Origin: Candidatus Cloacimonadales bacterium
GTDB lineage: Bacteria; Cloacimonadota; Cloacimonadia; Cloacimonadales; DAONDQ01
Assembly: GCA_963662275.1 (NCBI GenBank)
Contig: OY759316.1
Location: 1,664,001 to 1,728,000, forward strand
Direction: 5' to 3'
DNA length: 64,000 nucleotides
This document shows positions 52,966 through 63,552 of this stretch, piece after piece. The position numbers and the translations under genes were made by a program. Position 1 is the first letter of the stretch. Every line of letters begins with the position of its first letter. The notes beneath the pieces are model-generated. The model was not told where the DNA came from. It did not search any database and was given only the letters and a program-made list of their open reading frames with translations.

Positions 52966-53598
52966 TTAATCTTTCATGTATACCATACAATCAGGAGCAT
53001 CACAACCTTCACATGGTAATGAAGGAAAATTAAGAAATTGCATAATATTATAGGTCTTTCCATTCATCGACTCTTTATTTTCTGGATTGCATTTACATTC
53101 ATAAGTATTAGTATAGAATTCGATTAAACCTGCTCTAATATAGCCATACAGTTTTCTTTTAGTATAATAAAGCCATTGATCATTTAGCGTGATTTCAGGT
53201 AATCCCATAATTCTAAGCATCTTATTTTTGGACTCAAAAGTTAGTCCTTTATAGAATAAATCTTCATTGTAGACCACAATTCCACTTTTAAGTATATATT
53301 CAGCTATCGAATCTGAGGAAGGCTGTTTGTCATTTGTAGATAAAAGTTCCTTGATCTCATCGTAATGTTTTTTGGTAATTCCAATCATTTCCAAGTCGGA
53401 TATCCATTGCAATTCACGATAGTGTTCTTCCCAAGCTCTGCTTACTATATCAACTTCATACTCTTGAACAAGATGAGGTTCTTTCTGCCACGGATATCTC
53501 TTTGAATAAACATAATTGCTGCAATTTGGACATTTAGTCTTTCTTTGTGGAACTTTAGTAAACAGATATGCACAATATGGGCATTTACTATTATACAT
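52966..53598 (-). CDS. Hypothetical Zn-ribbon protein
   Basis: N-terminal CPYC...KCPNC; further Cys cluster at the C-terminus. Confidence 0.55.
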   Translation of the reverse strand: MYNSKCPYCAYLFTKVPQRKTKCPNCSNYVYSKRYPWQKEPHLVQEYEVDIVSRAWEEHYRELQWISDLEMIGITKKHYDEIKELLSTNDKQPSSDSIAEYILKSGIVVYNEDLFYKGLTFESKNKMLRIMGLPEITLNDQWLYYTKRKLYGYIRAGLIEFYTNTYECKCNPENKESMNGKTYNIMQFLNFPSLPCEGCDAPDCMVYMKD

Positions 53599-53607
53599 TT
53601 CAGATCC

Positions 53608-53793
53608 TTATTTCATCTCTCCAATAATTAGAACTGAATATAATACCTTGTAATGCCCTATATCCGATACACAACAAGTCGAATATTTTATATCGATGAC
53701 TTTGTAACCTTTTTTTTCACTCAAATCTATAAAATCTTGAACTTTGGCTCGAAAGCTAGATGGGTTATTTTCTTCAATAATTTTGACTAACAT
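53608..53793 (-). CDS. Small hypothetical protein
   Basis: GGAGG RBS; VIDIKYS...YSVLII pattern; co-oriented with the next gene. Confidence 0.5.
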   Translation of the reverse strand: MLVKIIEENNPSSFRAKVQDFIDLSEKKGYKVIDIKYSTCCVSDIGHYKVLYSVLIIGEMK

Positions 53794-53982
53794 CTTATCC
53801 TCCTATGGTAATTACTAGAGCTTAGTCTATCCATAAAACAATAAATGATACAATTTAGCAAGTTTTAATCAAAAATTAAATCATAACCAGATTATTCATT
53901 TTTTTATTGACTCATAATCTAGCAAATATGAAGATTAATTTAATACAAATTACGAAAATCGAACTTTATTAATGGAGATATT

Positions 53983-55182
53983 ATGAATGCAACAGAGAAT
54001 TACAAGAAGATTGTAGAAGATATTTTCCAACAGAAAGTCAACATACCAATCACAAAGAATAACAATAATTGTATTGGGGCTTTGAATCATAATGACGAAT
54101 TTCTAATCTTTAAGAATAATTTTATTGAGAGACTTGTTAGAATTCGAGAATTTTACAAAAATGATAATGATACTTTAAATAATATACTTAAAACAGTGAA
54201 AGATATTTCTATTGCCAAAGATCTAAAATGGTCAGGTGCATATTCTGAATTGGTAGCTTTAGATTATTGGAGAGGTTTTGTGGATATTAGAGAGCTTAAG
54301 TTTATTGATAGAGGGGATGTCAATTCATTCCCAAATAGTATTGCTCGAAAAATCGGAAATCAAGAAATTGATTTGGATATCAGCTTCAGATTAGCCACAA
54401 AAAAGATATTTATGGATGTTAAGTCTCTAATACCTACGCATCTTGAATTAGTCGATAAGATACTGGTTCAGTTAAAAAAGAAAACTGGAAACATAGAATA
54501 TCAAATAGGAATTGATAACATATTTCGTGCAGATTATTTAGGAACAAAAGAAGATTATATTCATGAAATTAAAACAGGAAATCTTGTAAATGAACTAGAA
54601 AAATGTGTTGTAGATAGAAAAGCAAATTATAAGCATGTATTGCAAAGTGGTCAGGAAGCTACATTTAGTATGGCATATTCTAAACCAAAGAAAAACACAG
54701 TCTTAATGACTTTACGATCAATGAATGCTTATAGATTAGCAGAAGACTATAAATACAAAATTCTGGACTATTATAATAAGCTTTTAATCAAAGAACCAAG
54801 TTTTATTACGTTTGTATTTAATTCTTGGTTTAATACAGAAATATATGATTTTGATAAATTTAATGAGAGTTTTTATAGGGCACTAGCCAGAAGAACATTT
54901 ATTGAACTAACTAAGAATAAAGACGATATGGGTCTTTATTATCCTGAATTGATGGGTCGAGGTCTTAAAATTAAAAATGTTGCTAGTTTAATTACTGGAA
55001 TAATATTCATAGAAGATCATTCAATAACGAAAACAGGGAATGAAATGTATAATGCCTTTATTTATCTAAATCCTAATGCAAAAAATACAGTATTACACAT
55101 ACATGATTTTGATTGTTTAAAATGGTCTAAATCTCCGAAATATAGTCCTGTTATCGAAGATTTTGAATATGACAATTACTAA
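53983..55182 (+). CDS. Hypothetical protein, possible PD-(D/E)xK-like fold
   Basis: GGAG RBS; E...IDLD...IFMDVKS pattern; very AT-rich. Confidence 0.5.
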   Translation: MNATENYKKIVEDIFQQKVNIPITKNNNNCIGALNHNDEFLIFKNNFIERLVRIREFYKNDNDTLNNILKTVKDISIAKDLKWSGAYSELVALDYWRGFVDIRELKFIDRGDVNSFPNSIARKIGNQEIDLDISFRLATKKIFMDVKSLIPTHLELVDKILVQLKKKTGNIEYQIGIDNIFRADYLGTKEDYIHEIKTGNLVNELEKCVVDRKANYKHVLQSGQEATFSMAYSKPKKNTVLMTLRSMNAYRLAEDYKYKILDYYNKLLIKEPSFITFVFNSWFNTEIYDFDKFNESFYRALARRTFIELTKNKDDMGLYYPELMGRGLKIKNVASLITGIIFIEDHSITKTGNEMYNAFIYLNPNAKNTVLHIHDFDCLKWSKSPKYSPVIEDFEYDNY

Positions 55183-55205
55183 AGATTGATGTTATAGTAA
55201 TAATT

Positions 55206-56930
55206 ATGAATAAGAAAGTAAAAGAAGTAGAATTTGATATATTCAAGTTCCTTTACCTTTATGAGGATTTAGAAGATAATAGGTTATACTATATTTCTTT
55301 AAAACATGTTCGAGCTCGTTTAGAATTTTCTGAAGAATTACTTGATTCTATACAGAATTTTATTTCTTTTACAGATTTCTCGAGCTTAGTAGATCTACTT
55401 GAAAATCATGTTCTAAAATTCATCCGGAAAATAGATCAGGATTTTACGAATATCATAAAAGAAGCTAAGAAATTAAACCCAGAAGGTTTTAAATATCTTG
55501 AAATAGAGAATATATTGAATGAAGATATTTTGAAAAAGAAAAAGAATAAAGCTGCTATGATTTATCATCCTGATAAGGGTGGTAGCAATGAGATTATGAT
55601 AACAGTTCTTCAAGCGTATGAACAATTTAAAGCGCTAATTAGTTTGAGCAAGATAGAGATTGTAGATAGAGAAATACAAATAAATGCTCATGACTATATC
55701 TTTGAGCTCTTCATGTTAGCGATTTCTACTACAACACTTCAATACGCTCTTGATAGATCTTTAGCATATTATCAAATATATAAAAAATATGAATTAATAA
55801 TATCACCTAATGAACGGCAGATTTGTACAATTTTGAAAGTAATTACTGATTTACATGCGAAATTGTGTCATTATGAATCGAAAGAGATTCTTTATCGCTT
55901 ACTAGAGGATATTCAGATTTACACAATCAACTTTGAAAAAGAAGCTCAGATAAATTACGAAAATCGATTGAGAGTATCTGAATTAAAGATACAGCAAAAT
56001 GATCAATCTGAAATATTTAGACGAGGTTTTTTTGGAATACATAAACATAATATTCCTAATAGGAATTATGTAGATATTTGTATCTCACACATTAGTAGTC
56101 CACCAAGAATTACAATCAATAATGAAATCCAAGCAATGCACGCATTAAAACTTGGTATTATTACTCAAAAAAAGTACAATCAAATCAGTCTTAAGGATAA
56201 GGATATTGAAGAACATTTAGAGAATATGAAAATTTCATTAAATGCACAAAAAGCTGTTATTAATTTTATTATACCTTTATATAGTGAACAAAATGTATAT
56301 AGTGAAGTTTGTAATAAAAGATTGGAAAAATTTCTAGTTCCAGAAACCCAATATTATCAATGTGATATAAGAGATTTATCAGAAGACCAACAAATTGAGT
56401 ATTTTTTAAGTATGAAAGAACATGAAGATATAAAAAAAATGATGAAGTACTATTATGTTAGATTGCTCAGCTACATAAACAGTGCTGTATATGCTTACAA
56501 CTTAGATTCTGTAAAAGATATGGCTCAAGAACTTACTTTTCTCAACGATTTGTTAAAGCTGAGTAAATCTGGAACTGAGGGTTTTTATGGCTCAAGGGTC
56601 TTGACTTTCTTGAATAAACTAATTCTTTTAGATTCTCATTCATTAAATCTAAATCTAGAATACATTAAGATTATTATGAAACGAGAATCTGATCATTGGT
56701 TAAAAAGGCATTCTAGAAGTTCACTCACTAAAGAAAGAAAATTGATAACATCTGGTAAATCTATTCGAAATATTGAGGCTATTCAGAATATACTCCCCAT
56801 AACATTGCACCCTTCATTTGTTACTTTTTTATGTATGAAATTGGAGAAAATGAAAACAGTAGTCGAATCTAACTTGTTAACTAATGAACTTGCTTCAATA
56901 GATAATGAATTATTTGAGGAAACTATCTAA
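55206..56930 (+). CDS. Hypothetical protein with internal J-domain-like segment
   Basis: KKKKNKAAMIYHPDKGGSNEIM...AYE (HPD motif). Confidence 0.55.
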   Translation: MNKKVKEVEFDIFKFLYLYEDLEDNRLYYISLKHVRARLEFSEELLDSIQNFISFTDFSSLVDLLENHVLKFIRKIDQDFTNIIKEAKKLNPEGFKYLEIENILNEDILKKKKNKAAMIYHPDKGGSNEIMITVLQAYEQFKALISLSKIEIVDREIQINAHDYIFELFMLAISTTTLQYALDRSLAYYQIYKKYELIISPNERQICTILKVITDLHAKLCHYESKEILYRLLEDIQIYTINFEKEAQINYENRLRVSELKIQQNDQSEIFRRGFFGIHKHNIPNRNYVDICISHISSPPRITINNEIQAMHALKLGIITQKKYNQISLKDKDIEEHLENMKISLNAQKAVINFIIPLYSEQNVYSEVCNKRLEKFLVPETQYYQCDIRDLSEDQQIEYFLSMKEHEDIKKMMKYYYVRLLSYINSAVYAYNLDSVKDMAQELTFLNDLLKLSKSGTEGFYGSRVLTFLNKLILLDSHSLNLNLEYIKIIMKRESDHWLKRHSRSSLTKERKLITSGKSIRNIEAIQNILPITLHPSFVTFLCMKLEKMKTVVESNLLTNELASIDNELFEETI

Positions 56931-57058
56931 CCAAAGGTAAAAATCGATTATTTCATTGACGTATCAAATGCCTTCCCTCTTTTGTTCTCAGAACTAGCTC
57001 TCCCGGCTAAAGCCACCCTCCCTTTGCAAATGGGAGGGAGAGATTCATAAGGAACACC

Positions 57059-60000
57059 ATGTTCTATCACTTAATCAAGCATTATTTGGAAAAGTCGTCA
57101 TTCTTCCAGAGAATGGACGAGACGGTTCAGAACGCCCAAAATCATGTACAATTTCACAATCTCAATCAGTCGGCAAAGGCATTGGTGGTTTCCAAGTATT
57201 TCACGGATACAGGCAGGAATGTGCTTCTTATTTCGGGTGATGACAAGGCTGCCGAGGAGTTCAGTGATGACCTGGAAGTGCTGCTGGGCAGGGATAAAGT
57301 CTATCTGTTTCCTGATTTTGAAGTATTGCCTTACGAAGAAAGGTCACCGCATTCCTCCATTCGTTCCCAGCGCACAGATGCCATGTCGCATGTGGTTACG
57401 GGTATGCCTGCCATTTATACGCTTTCCCTTCGTTCTTTCCTGAGAAGGATCATCCCGCGTAAGCTTTTTGAGAAGAATGTCATTACTTTGCAGAAGGGGA
57501 TGGAGTATGATCCCGAAGTATTGGTTTCCGACCTGGTGGGTATGGGCTATGAAGTGGAATACCAGGTGTCGAAGATATGCCAGGTGGCAAGACGCGGGGG
57601 GATTCTCGATATTTTTTCTCCGAATATGCAGGAGCCTGTGCGTGTGGAATTCTTCGGTGATGAGATTCAATCCCTGCGTACCTTCTCCATCGTTTCCCAG
57701 CGAAGCGAGACACGGATCACTTCGAAAGTGCTGATCCTTCCTTCCAGGGAGTTCTCACGTCATGATATTCAAACCAGTGATGAGATGTGGGAGAAAGTGC
57801 ATACCACTGATTTCTATGAAGGGATAGAGAACGATATTTCCCTCTTATTCCCGGAAGTGCAGTTGTTCCTGGATTACTTCGAGCCGGAGAATGTCTGCCT
57901 GTTTTGGGATGAATTCCAATACACGGAAGATGATTACAGTGAATTGCTGGATGAGACGACCAAGCTCTATGAGAAGGCATTGATCAAGACCAAGAAGCCT
58001 TCCACCATTCCCAAGCCTACCCAGATATTTGCCGATGAAGCCAAGCTGAAACAGATTTGGCAGAAATACAACCAGCATTACCTCGCTCATTCGGAACAGA
58101 TCATTTCCTATTCGGAAGAATCGATTGGTGCAGCTATACAGTCACAGCCTATGCTGAATGGGGATGTGACAGAACTGGAGAAGGAGCTTTCTAAACGTAT
58201 TCACCAAGGTTTCAAAATTATCATACAGTCTGATAACAAGAGTCAGAGTAAAAGGATGCAGGAGCTTCTTGCCGAGCATGAAGAAGATATTCAATACACC
58301 ATCGGTGTGCTGCATAAAGGCTTCCTCCTGCAAGATATACAACTTGCCGTTTATACGGATCACGAGATTTTCAACCGCTACAAGCGCAAGCACTATACCG
58401 CCCGTTTCGCCAGGGGAGAGGCGCTTACCAATTATGAAGCTCTCAAGCCAGGTGACTACATCGTGCATATCGATCATGGCATCGGTATCTTTGCCGGTTT
58501 GAAGAAGATCTTGCTGGAAGGCAGTACCATTGAATGCATCATGATCAATTACGCTGAGAACGACCGCATCTATGTGCCTACGTTCCAGCTGCAGCTTGTT
58601 TCACGGTATGTCAGTGAAGAAGGCGGAGAGCCTACCGTTCATAAGATCGGTTCCAAGAAATGGGAGAATACCAAGAGCAAGGCGAAGTCACAGATCGAAC
58701 TGGTGGCTGAAGATATTCTACGTCTCTATGCAGAAAGAAAGATGCGGAAAGGCATTAGCCATGAGCCGGATACGCCCTGGCAGACTGAAATGGAAGATTC
58801 CTTTATTTTTGAAGATACGCCTGACCAGGCGCAGTCTTCCAAAGAGATTAAGGAAGATATGGAAGCACCGTCTCCGATGGAAAGGCTGCTCTGCGGTGAT
58901 GTGGGATTCGGGAAGACGGAAGTCGCAATCCGTGCAGCTTTCAAAGCTGTGATGAGCGGATACCAGGTGGCTGTCCTCGTACCTACCACACTTCTTGCAG
59001 AACAGCATTGGAGAGTATTTAGAGAAAGACTGGCGCAGTACCCGGTGCGGATTGCCATGTTCAGCAGGTTCCGTTCGGCAACAGCCGTGAAGAAAGATTT
59101 GGAGAAAATGGCGAAGGGTGAGATCGATATCGCTATCGGTACGCATCGTCTGCTTTCAGCGGATGTGAAATTCACGAAGCTCGGACTGCTGGTCATCGAT
59201 GAGGAGCATCGCTTCGGGGTGCGTCATAAGGATAAGCTCAGGCAGCTCAAAGCTAATGTGGATACTCTTTATATGTCTGCAACACCCATCCCTCGTACAC
59301 TGGGTATGGCTCTTTCCAAGCTGAAGGAAATCTCTTTGATGCAGACTTCCCCCAAGGAAAGACTTCCCATCCGTACTGTTGTAACGCAATACAACCAGGA
59401 AGTGGTGAAAGATGCCATCCAGCGTGAGATCGATAGGGGAGGACAGGTGTTCTACCTGCATAACCGTATCCAGTCGATACAGGCAACCGCTGACAAGCTG
59501 AAAGCCCTTCTTCCGAATGTACGCTTTGCTATCGGGCACGGTCAGATGCCTGAACATCTACTTGAAAACATCACCAATGATTTCGTTGATCATAACATAG
59601 ATGTGCTGATTTCCACTACCATCATCGAGAATGGTATCGATATTCCCAATGCCAATACCATCATCATCGACAGAGCAGATACATTCGGACTGGCACAGCT
59701 CTACCAGATACGCGGACGTGTGGGACGCAGTCCACGCAGGGCGTATGCCTATCTTCTCATTCCGAAAGGGATAACAGAAGACGCCAGGAAAAGACTGGAT
59801 ACGCTGACGGAATACGATTATCTCGGTGCAGGCTTCCAGATCGCCATGCGTGATTTGGAGATACGCGGCGCAGGTACGCTGTTGGGAATCAAGCAGAGCG
59901 GTATCATCACTGCTATTGGTTTCAATTATTACAATAAACTTCTGACACAGGCTATCGAGAACCTCGAGAAAGAGAATCCAGCAGGGCTATGGGAAGATGA

Positions 60001-60460
60001 GACTGCCAAAGGCTTGCAGAACCTGAATGTGGATGGGGATGCCTATCTTCCTGAAGACTATATTTCCGATGAAAGAGAAAGACTGGAAGTCTATAAACGC
60101 ATGATGCACCTTGTGAATGAAGCTGATTTTGAAGACCTGAAAGCCGAGCTTGTGGATCGCTTTGGGAAATTACCACCTGCTGCAACGCAGTCATTCTTAT
60201 ACTTCCGCTTACGTTCTTTAGCAGAGCAGGCTGGACTGGTGGCATGTCATTTGCACGAGCAATTTATGCAGTTGGAGTTCCATACGGAAAAGACACCACC
60301 TAAAGATGTGATCATGAACTTCCTGAAGAGTACCAACTTCAATGTGAAGTTTGATGCTTCGGGCAATTTCAAGCTGACTATTACCTTCCCGAAGAAGAAG
60401 TGGGAAGAAGCAGAGCTGCTGGAAATGGGGATTGGAGTGCTGCTGGCGTTTGTAGTCTAA
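57059..60460 (+). CDS. mfd: Transcription-repair coupling factor
   Basis: RGGILDIF, GDYIVHIDHGIG, GDVGFGKTEV, DEEHRFG, SATPIPRT, QIRGRVGR, RDLEIRGAG. Confidence 0.97.
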   Translation: MFYHLIKHYLEKSSFFQRMDETVQNAQNHVQFHNLNQSAKALVVSKYFTDTGRNVLLISGDDKAAEEFSDDLEVLLGRDKVYLFPDFEVLPYEERSPHSSIRSQRTDAMSHVVTGMPAIYTLSLRSFLRRIIPRKLFEKNVITLQKGMEYDPEVLVSDLVGMGYEVEYQVSKICQVARRGGILDIFSPNMQEPVRVEFFGDEIQSLRTFSIVSQRSETRITSKVLILPSREFSRHDIQTSDEMWEKVHTTDFYEGIENDISLLFPEVQLFLDYFEPENVCLFWDEFQYTEDDYSELLDETTKLYEKALIKTKKPSTIPKPTQIFADEAKLKQIWQKYNQHYLAHSEQIISYSEESIGAAIQSQPMLNGDVTELEKELSKRIHQGFKIIIQSDNKSQSKRMQELLAEHEEDIQYTIGVLHKGFLLQDIQLAVYTDHEIFNRYKRKHYTARFARGEALTNYEALKPGDYIVHIDHGIGIFAGLKKILLEGSTIECIMINYAENDRIYVPTFQLQLVSRYVSEEGGEPTVHKIGSKKWENTKSKAKSQIELVAEDILRLYAERKMRKGISHEPDTPWQTEMEDSFIFEDTPDQAQSSKEIKEDMEAPSPMERLLCGDVGFGKTEVAIRAAFKAVMSGYQVAVLVPTTLLAEQHWRVFRERLAQYPVRIAMFSRFRSATAVKKDLEKMAKGEIDIAIGTHRLLSADVKFTKLGLLVIDEEHRFGVRHKDKLRQLKANVDTLYMSATPIPRTLGMALSKLKEISLMQTSPKERLPIRTVVTQYNQEVVKDAIQREIDRGGQVFYLHNRIQSIQATADKLKALLPNVRFAIGHGQMPEHLLENITNDFVDHNIDVLISTTIIENGIDIPNANTIIIDRADTFGLAQLYQIRGRVGRSPRRAYAYLLIPKGITEDARKRLDTLTEYDYLGAGFQIAMRDLEIRGAGTLLGIKQSGIITAIGFNYYNKLLTQAIENLEKENPAGLWEDETAKGLQNLNVDGDAYLPEDYISDERERLEVYKRMMHLVNEADFEDLKAELVDRFGKLPPAATQSFLYFRLRSLAEQAGLVACHLHEQFMQLEFHTEKTPPKDVIMNFLKSTNFNVKFDASGNFKLTITFPKKKWEEAELLEMGIGVLLAFVV

Positions 60461-60467
60461 CGGTAAT

Positions 60468-60672
60468 CGCTGTTGTCGGTAGTCGCTGTCTTTAGCTTGC
60501 GCTATTTGTTGTTGGTAGTCGCTGTCTTCAGCTTGCGCTGCTGTTGTCGGTAGTCGCTGTCTTTAGCTTGCGCTGTTATTTCAGTAACCTAAAGGATACC
60601 ACTACCGGTAACTATTCGGTAACCTGAAGGATACCACTACCGGAGAAGAGTAACCTGAAGGATACTACTACC
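60468..60672. repeat. REP array upstream of RAYT (two REP classes)
   Basis: 3x ggtagtcgctgtctt[t/c]agcttgcgc, then 3x gtaacct[a/g]aaggatac[c/t]actacc at 60584, 60619 and 60650. Confidence 0.9.
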
Positions 60673-60689
60673 AAAAGTTAGGAGGGAAC

Positions 60690-61418
60690 ATGCAGTTTAA
60701 CAATAGATATCAGAGATATCACAAGGAAAAACTACCTCATATTCAACCGCAAGAAAGTATAATTTTTATTACAATTAGACTCGATATTCACTTAAATCAG
60801 GAGTATTTTGATCTTTTAATTGCTAAAAAAGCCGAGATTACCAATTCTGTTGAAAATATTCATAATGAAGATGAGCGTAAAATCATATTCAATAAGAAGC
60901 TTTTTGCTGTTCAAGATAAATACTTCGATTGCTATCAAGATACTGGAAATCTCTTTATAAACTCTAAATGTGCTAAGGTTCTCGAAAATGAATTGCATAA
61001 TTTTAATGGCATAATGTATGAATTATACGCCTTTACAATTATGCCTAATCATGTTCACTTTCTATGTAGACCTTTATTGAATTCATCTGGAGAAGAGTAT
61101 TCATTAGCAATCATTATGAATAGAATTAAAGGTCGAACTGCTAGATTTATTAACCAGGAAATGAATAGATCAGGCAGTCTATGGCAAAAGGAATATTATG
61201 ACCATTACGTTAGGAATGAACAAGAGCTTAATAATATAGTCAGATATATTGTTCTAAACCCGATGAAAGCAGGATTGGTTGATCAGCCGAGATTGTGGAA
61301 ATGGACTTGGGTGTCGGAGGAATATAGAAATGTTTTAGATGAGGATTATCTAAAAGAGGAAGATGCTGTTTGGGGAGCAGAGAAAGGTAACCTGAAGGAT
61401 ACCACTACCGATTGGTAA
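60690..61418 (+). CDS. REP-associated tyrosine transposase (RAYT, Y1 HUH)
   Basis: LPHI...FITIRL, IMPNHVH, WQKEYYDHYVRN, YIVLNP.KAGL; flanked by REPs. Confidence 0.9.
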   Translation: MQFNNRYQRYHKEKLPHIQPQESIIFITIRLDIHLNQEYFDLLIAKKAEITNSVENIHNEDERKIIFNKKLFAVQDKYFDCYQDTGNLFINSKCAKVLENELHNFNGIMYELYAFTIMPNHVHFLCRPLLNSSGEEYSLAIIMNRIKGRTARFINQEMNRSGSLWQKEYYDHYVRNEQELNNIVRYIVLNPMKAGLVDQPRLWKWTWVSEEYRNVLDEDYLKEEDAVWGAEKGNLKDTTTDW

Positions 61419-61683
61419 GCGCTGTTGTCGGTGGGCGCTGTCTTTAGCTTGCGCTTATTAACAGTAACCTAAAGGATACCACTACCAGTACATAAATCGG
61501 TAACCTGAAGGATACCACTACCGGAGAAGAGTAACCTAAAGGATACCACTACCGGAGAAGAGTAACCTAAAGGATACCACTACCGGAGAAGAGTAACCTA
61601 AAGGATACCACTACCGGAGAAGAGTAACCTGAAGGATACCACTACCGGTGAATAAAACGGTAACCTAAAGGATACCACTACCG
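61387..61683. repeat. REP array downstream of RAYT
   Basis: gtaacct[a/g]aaggataccactacc at 61387, 61464, 61500, 61531, 61562, 61593, 61624 and 61660 (31-bp period in the core); one class-2 copy at ~61420. Confidence 0.92.
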
Positions 61684-61762
61684 ATCGGGTAAACGCATGT
61701 TTCCTTTGACAAAAATCATCTTCTTATTTGCTTGTACATAATTGAAAGAATTGAAGGTTTTT

Positions 61763-62758
61763 ATGAATAGAAAAGAGATTACTTCATTAATTATCCTGAT
61801 CCTGGTTATCAGCTATGGTTTTTATCGTTATCAGCATCGTCATTACACAGAGAAACAGTCCCGAATCCTCATGGATACGGTTTTTGATATTACAGCCACT
61901 TCGCAGGATAAAAATATCAAAGTAGTCGTAGACAGCACTTTTGAACTGATTGCCAGGTTAGATAATAAACTTTCCAATTACAAGACGGATTCTTACTTAT
62001 GGAAGATTAATCACTCTGATCAAGAAACCTTCTCTATGGATCCGGATATATATGCCATGCTGGTTGTTGCGGATAGTTTATATAAGATATCACATACGAT
62101 GCTGGATGTAACAATTGGACCAGTCACAAATCTCTGGGATTATGACAGCCCTCATTTACCGAATCCTGATTCTTTGAAGATAGCCTTAAAACTGGTTGAC
62201 TTTTCCAAAATAAAATATACTCATGAGACATTATATAAACCAAAGGGATATCAGCTTAATTTTGGATGCATAGCGAAAGGGTACGCCGTAGATAAAGCAG
62301 TGGAATATTTAAAGAAATATGGTGTGAAAAGCGGTGTTGTAGATTGCAGAAGCAGTATTCGCATATTTGGACAGGAAAAGGAACCGTTTGTTGTAGGTAT
62401 CCAGCATCCACGAAAAGCGAATGAAGTGATAGGTGAACTGACTCTTCACGATCAGTCAATTGGCACTTCCGGCGATTATCAGCAATTCTTTGAATTGGAT
62501 GGAATACGTTATCATCACATTCTAGATCCTCATACCGGCTATCCTTATGAAAGTACGATTTCAGTGACAGTCATTGCTCCGAATGCAACAATGGCTGATG
62601 GTCTTTCAACAGCTTTATTTGTGATGTCACCTGAAGAAGCGATCAATTATGCAAAGGATCAGCCCAACACGGAAGCAGTGATCTATTACATGTCAAAGGA
62701 TGGTATTGTCTCGCTGAAAACTACTGGTATGAAGGATATCCTGAAAGAAAAACTATGA
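61763..62758 (+). CDS. apbE: FAD:protein FMN transferase
   Basis: MDT, DVTIGP...LW, GCIAKGYAVD, GTSGDY, YHHILDP.TG, ADGLSTA. Confidence 0.92.
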   Translation: MNRKEITSLIILILVISYGFYRYQHRHYTEKQSRILMDTVFDITATSQDKNIKVVVDSTFELIARLDNKLSNYKTDSYLWKINHSDQETFSMDPDIYAMLVVADSLYKISHTMLDVTIGPVTNLWDYDSPHLPNPDSLKIALKLVDFSKIKYTHETLYKPKGYQLNFGCIAKGYAVDKAVEYLKKYGVKSGVVDCRSSIRIFGQEKEPFVVGIQHPRKANEVIGELTLHDQSIGTSGDYQQFFELDGIRYHHILDPHTGYPYESTISVTVIAPNATMADGLSTALFVMSPEEAINYAKDQPNTEAVIYYMSKDGIVSLKTTGMKDILKEKL

Positions 62759-63552
62759 AAAAAGAATTGAAAGATCTGCAAGGCAGTCCTGATAAAAGGC
62801 AAGTCACTATCGATAAAGTAGGTGTGAAAGGCATTCAATATCCGATCATAGTTGAGGATAGATCAAATTCAATCCAGCATACAATTGCCGACCTGGATAT
62901 CTATGTAGAATTACCTCAAGAGCATCGTGGTACACATATGTCACGTTTCATCGAGATACTCAATCGTTACCATGAAGAGACTCTGATTCCCAAACTTCCT
63001 GATTTCCTGGCAGAATTGAAGAAAGAACTGAATGCTAATGCAGCTTATATCAAACTGCAATTCCCTTATTTTGTGAAGAAAACTGCTCCTGTCTCCGGAA
63101 TGAAATCACTTCTTGGATATGACTGTATCTTTGAAGCTTCCTATCTGGAAAACTACGATCTCGTGATTGGCGTTATTGTACCCATTACTACGCTATGTCC
63201 CTGCTCCAAGGAAATCAGTGATTTTGGAGCACATAACCAAAGATCGCTGGTAACGGTGAAAGTCTCTTTCAGCGACTTTATCTGGCTGGAAGAGATCATA
63301 GACTTAATCGAATCGGTCGCCAGTTGTGAAATCTATCCAGCCCTGAAACGGGTGGATGAGAAGTATGTAACGGAAAGAGCTTTCGACCGTCCTATGTTTG
63401 TAGAAGATATTGTTCGCGATATTACGGTAAAACTGAGAGCTGATAAAAGAGTGAAAAGCTTCTATGTCGAATCTGACAATTTTGAATCAATCCACAATCA
63501 TAATGCGTATGCATGTATAGATGAAAACAAGGGAAACAATGACCAATCATGA
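62755..63552 (+). CDS. folE2: GTP cyclohydrolase IB
   Basis: IDKVGVK, RGTHMSRF, TTLCPCSKEIS, AHNQRS, LKRVDEK, FVEDIVR, ESIHNHNA. Confidence 0.95.
   Translation: MKKELKDLQGSPDKRQVTIDKVGVKGIQYPIIVEDRSNSIQHTIADLDIYVELPQEHRGTHMSRFIEILNRYHEETLIPKLPDFLAELKKELNANAAYIKLQFPYFVKKTAPVSGMKSLLGYDCIFEASYLENYDLVIGVIVPITTLCPCSKEISDFGAHNQRSLVTVKVSFSDFIWLEEIIDLIESVASCEIYPALKRVDEKYVTERAFDRPMFVEDIVRDITVKLRADKRVKSFYVESDNFESIHNHNAYACIDENKGNNDQS

Noticed and set aside
57144..60245. Many overlapping ORFs within mfd
   Set aside because: Alternate-frame shadows of a long, relatively GC-rich gene.
61464..61683. CRISPR-like array of 23-bp repeats
   Set aside because: Spacers are only 8-13 nt and mostly identical (ggagaaga); no cas genes; adjacent to RAYT, so these are REPs.
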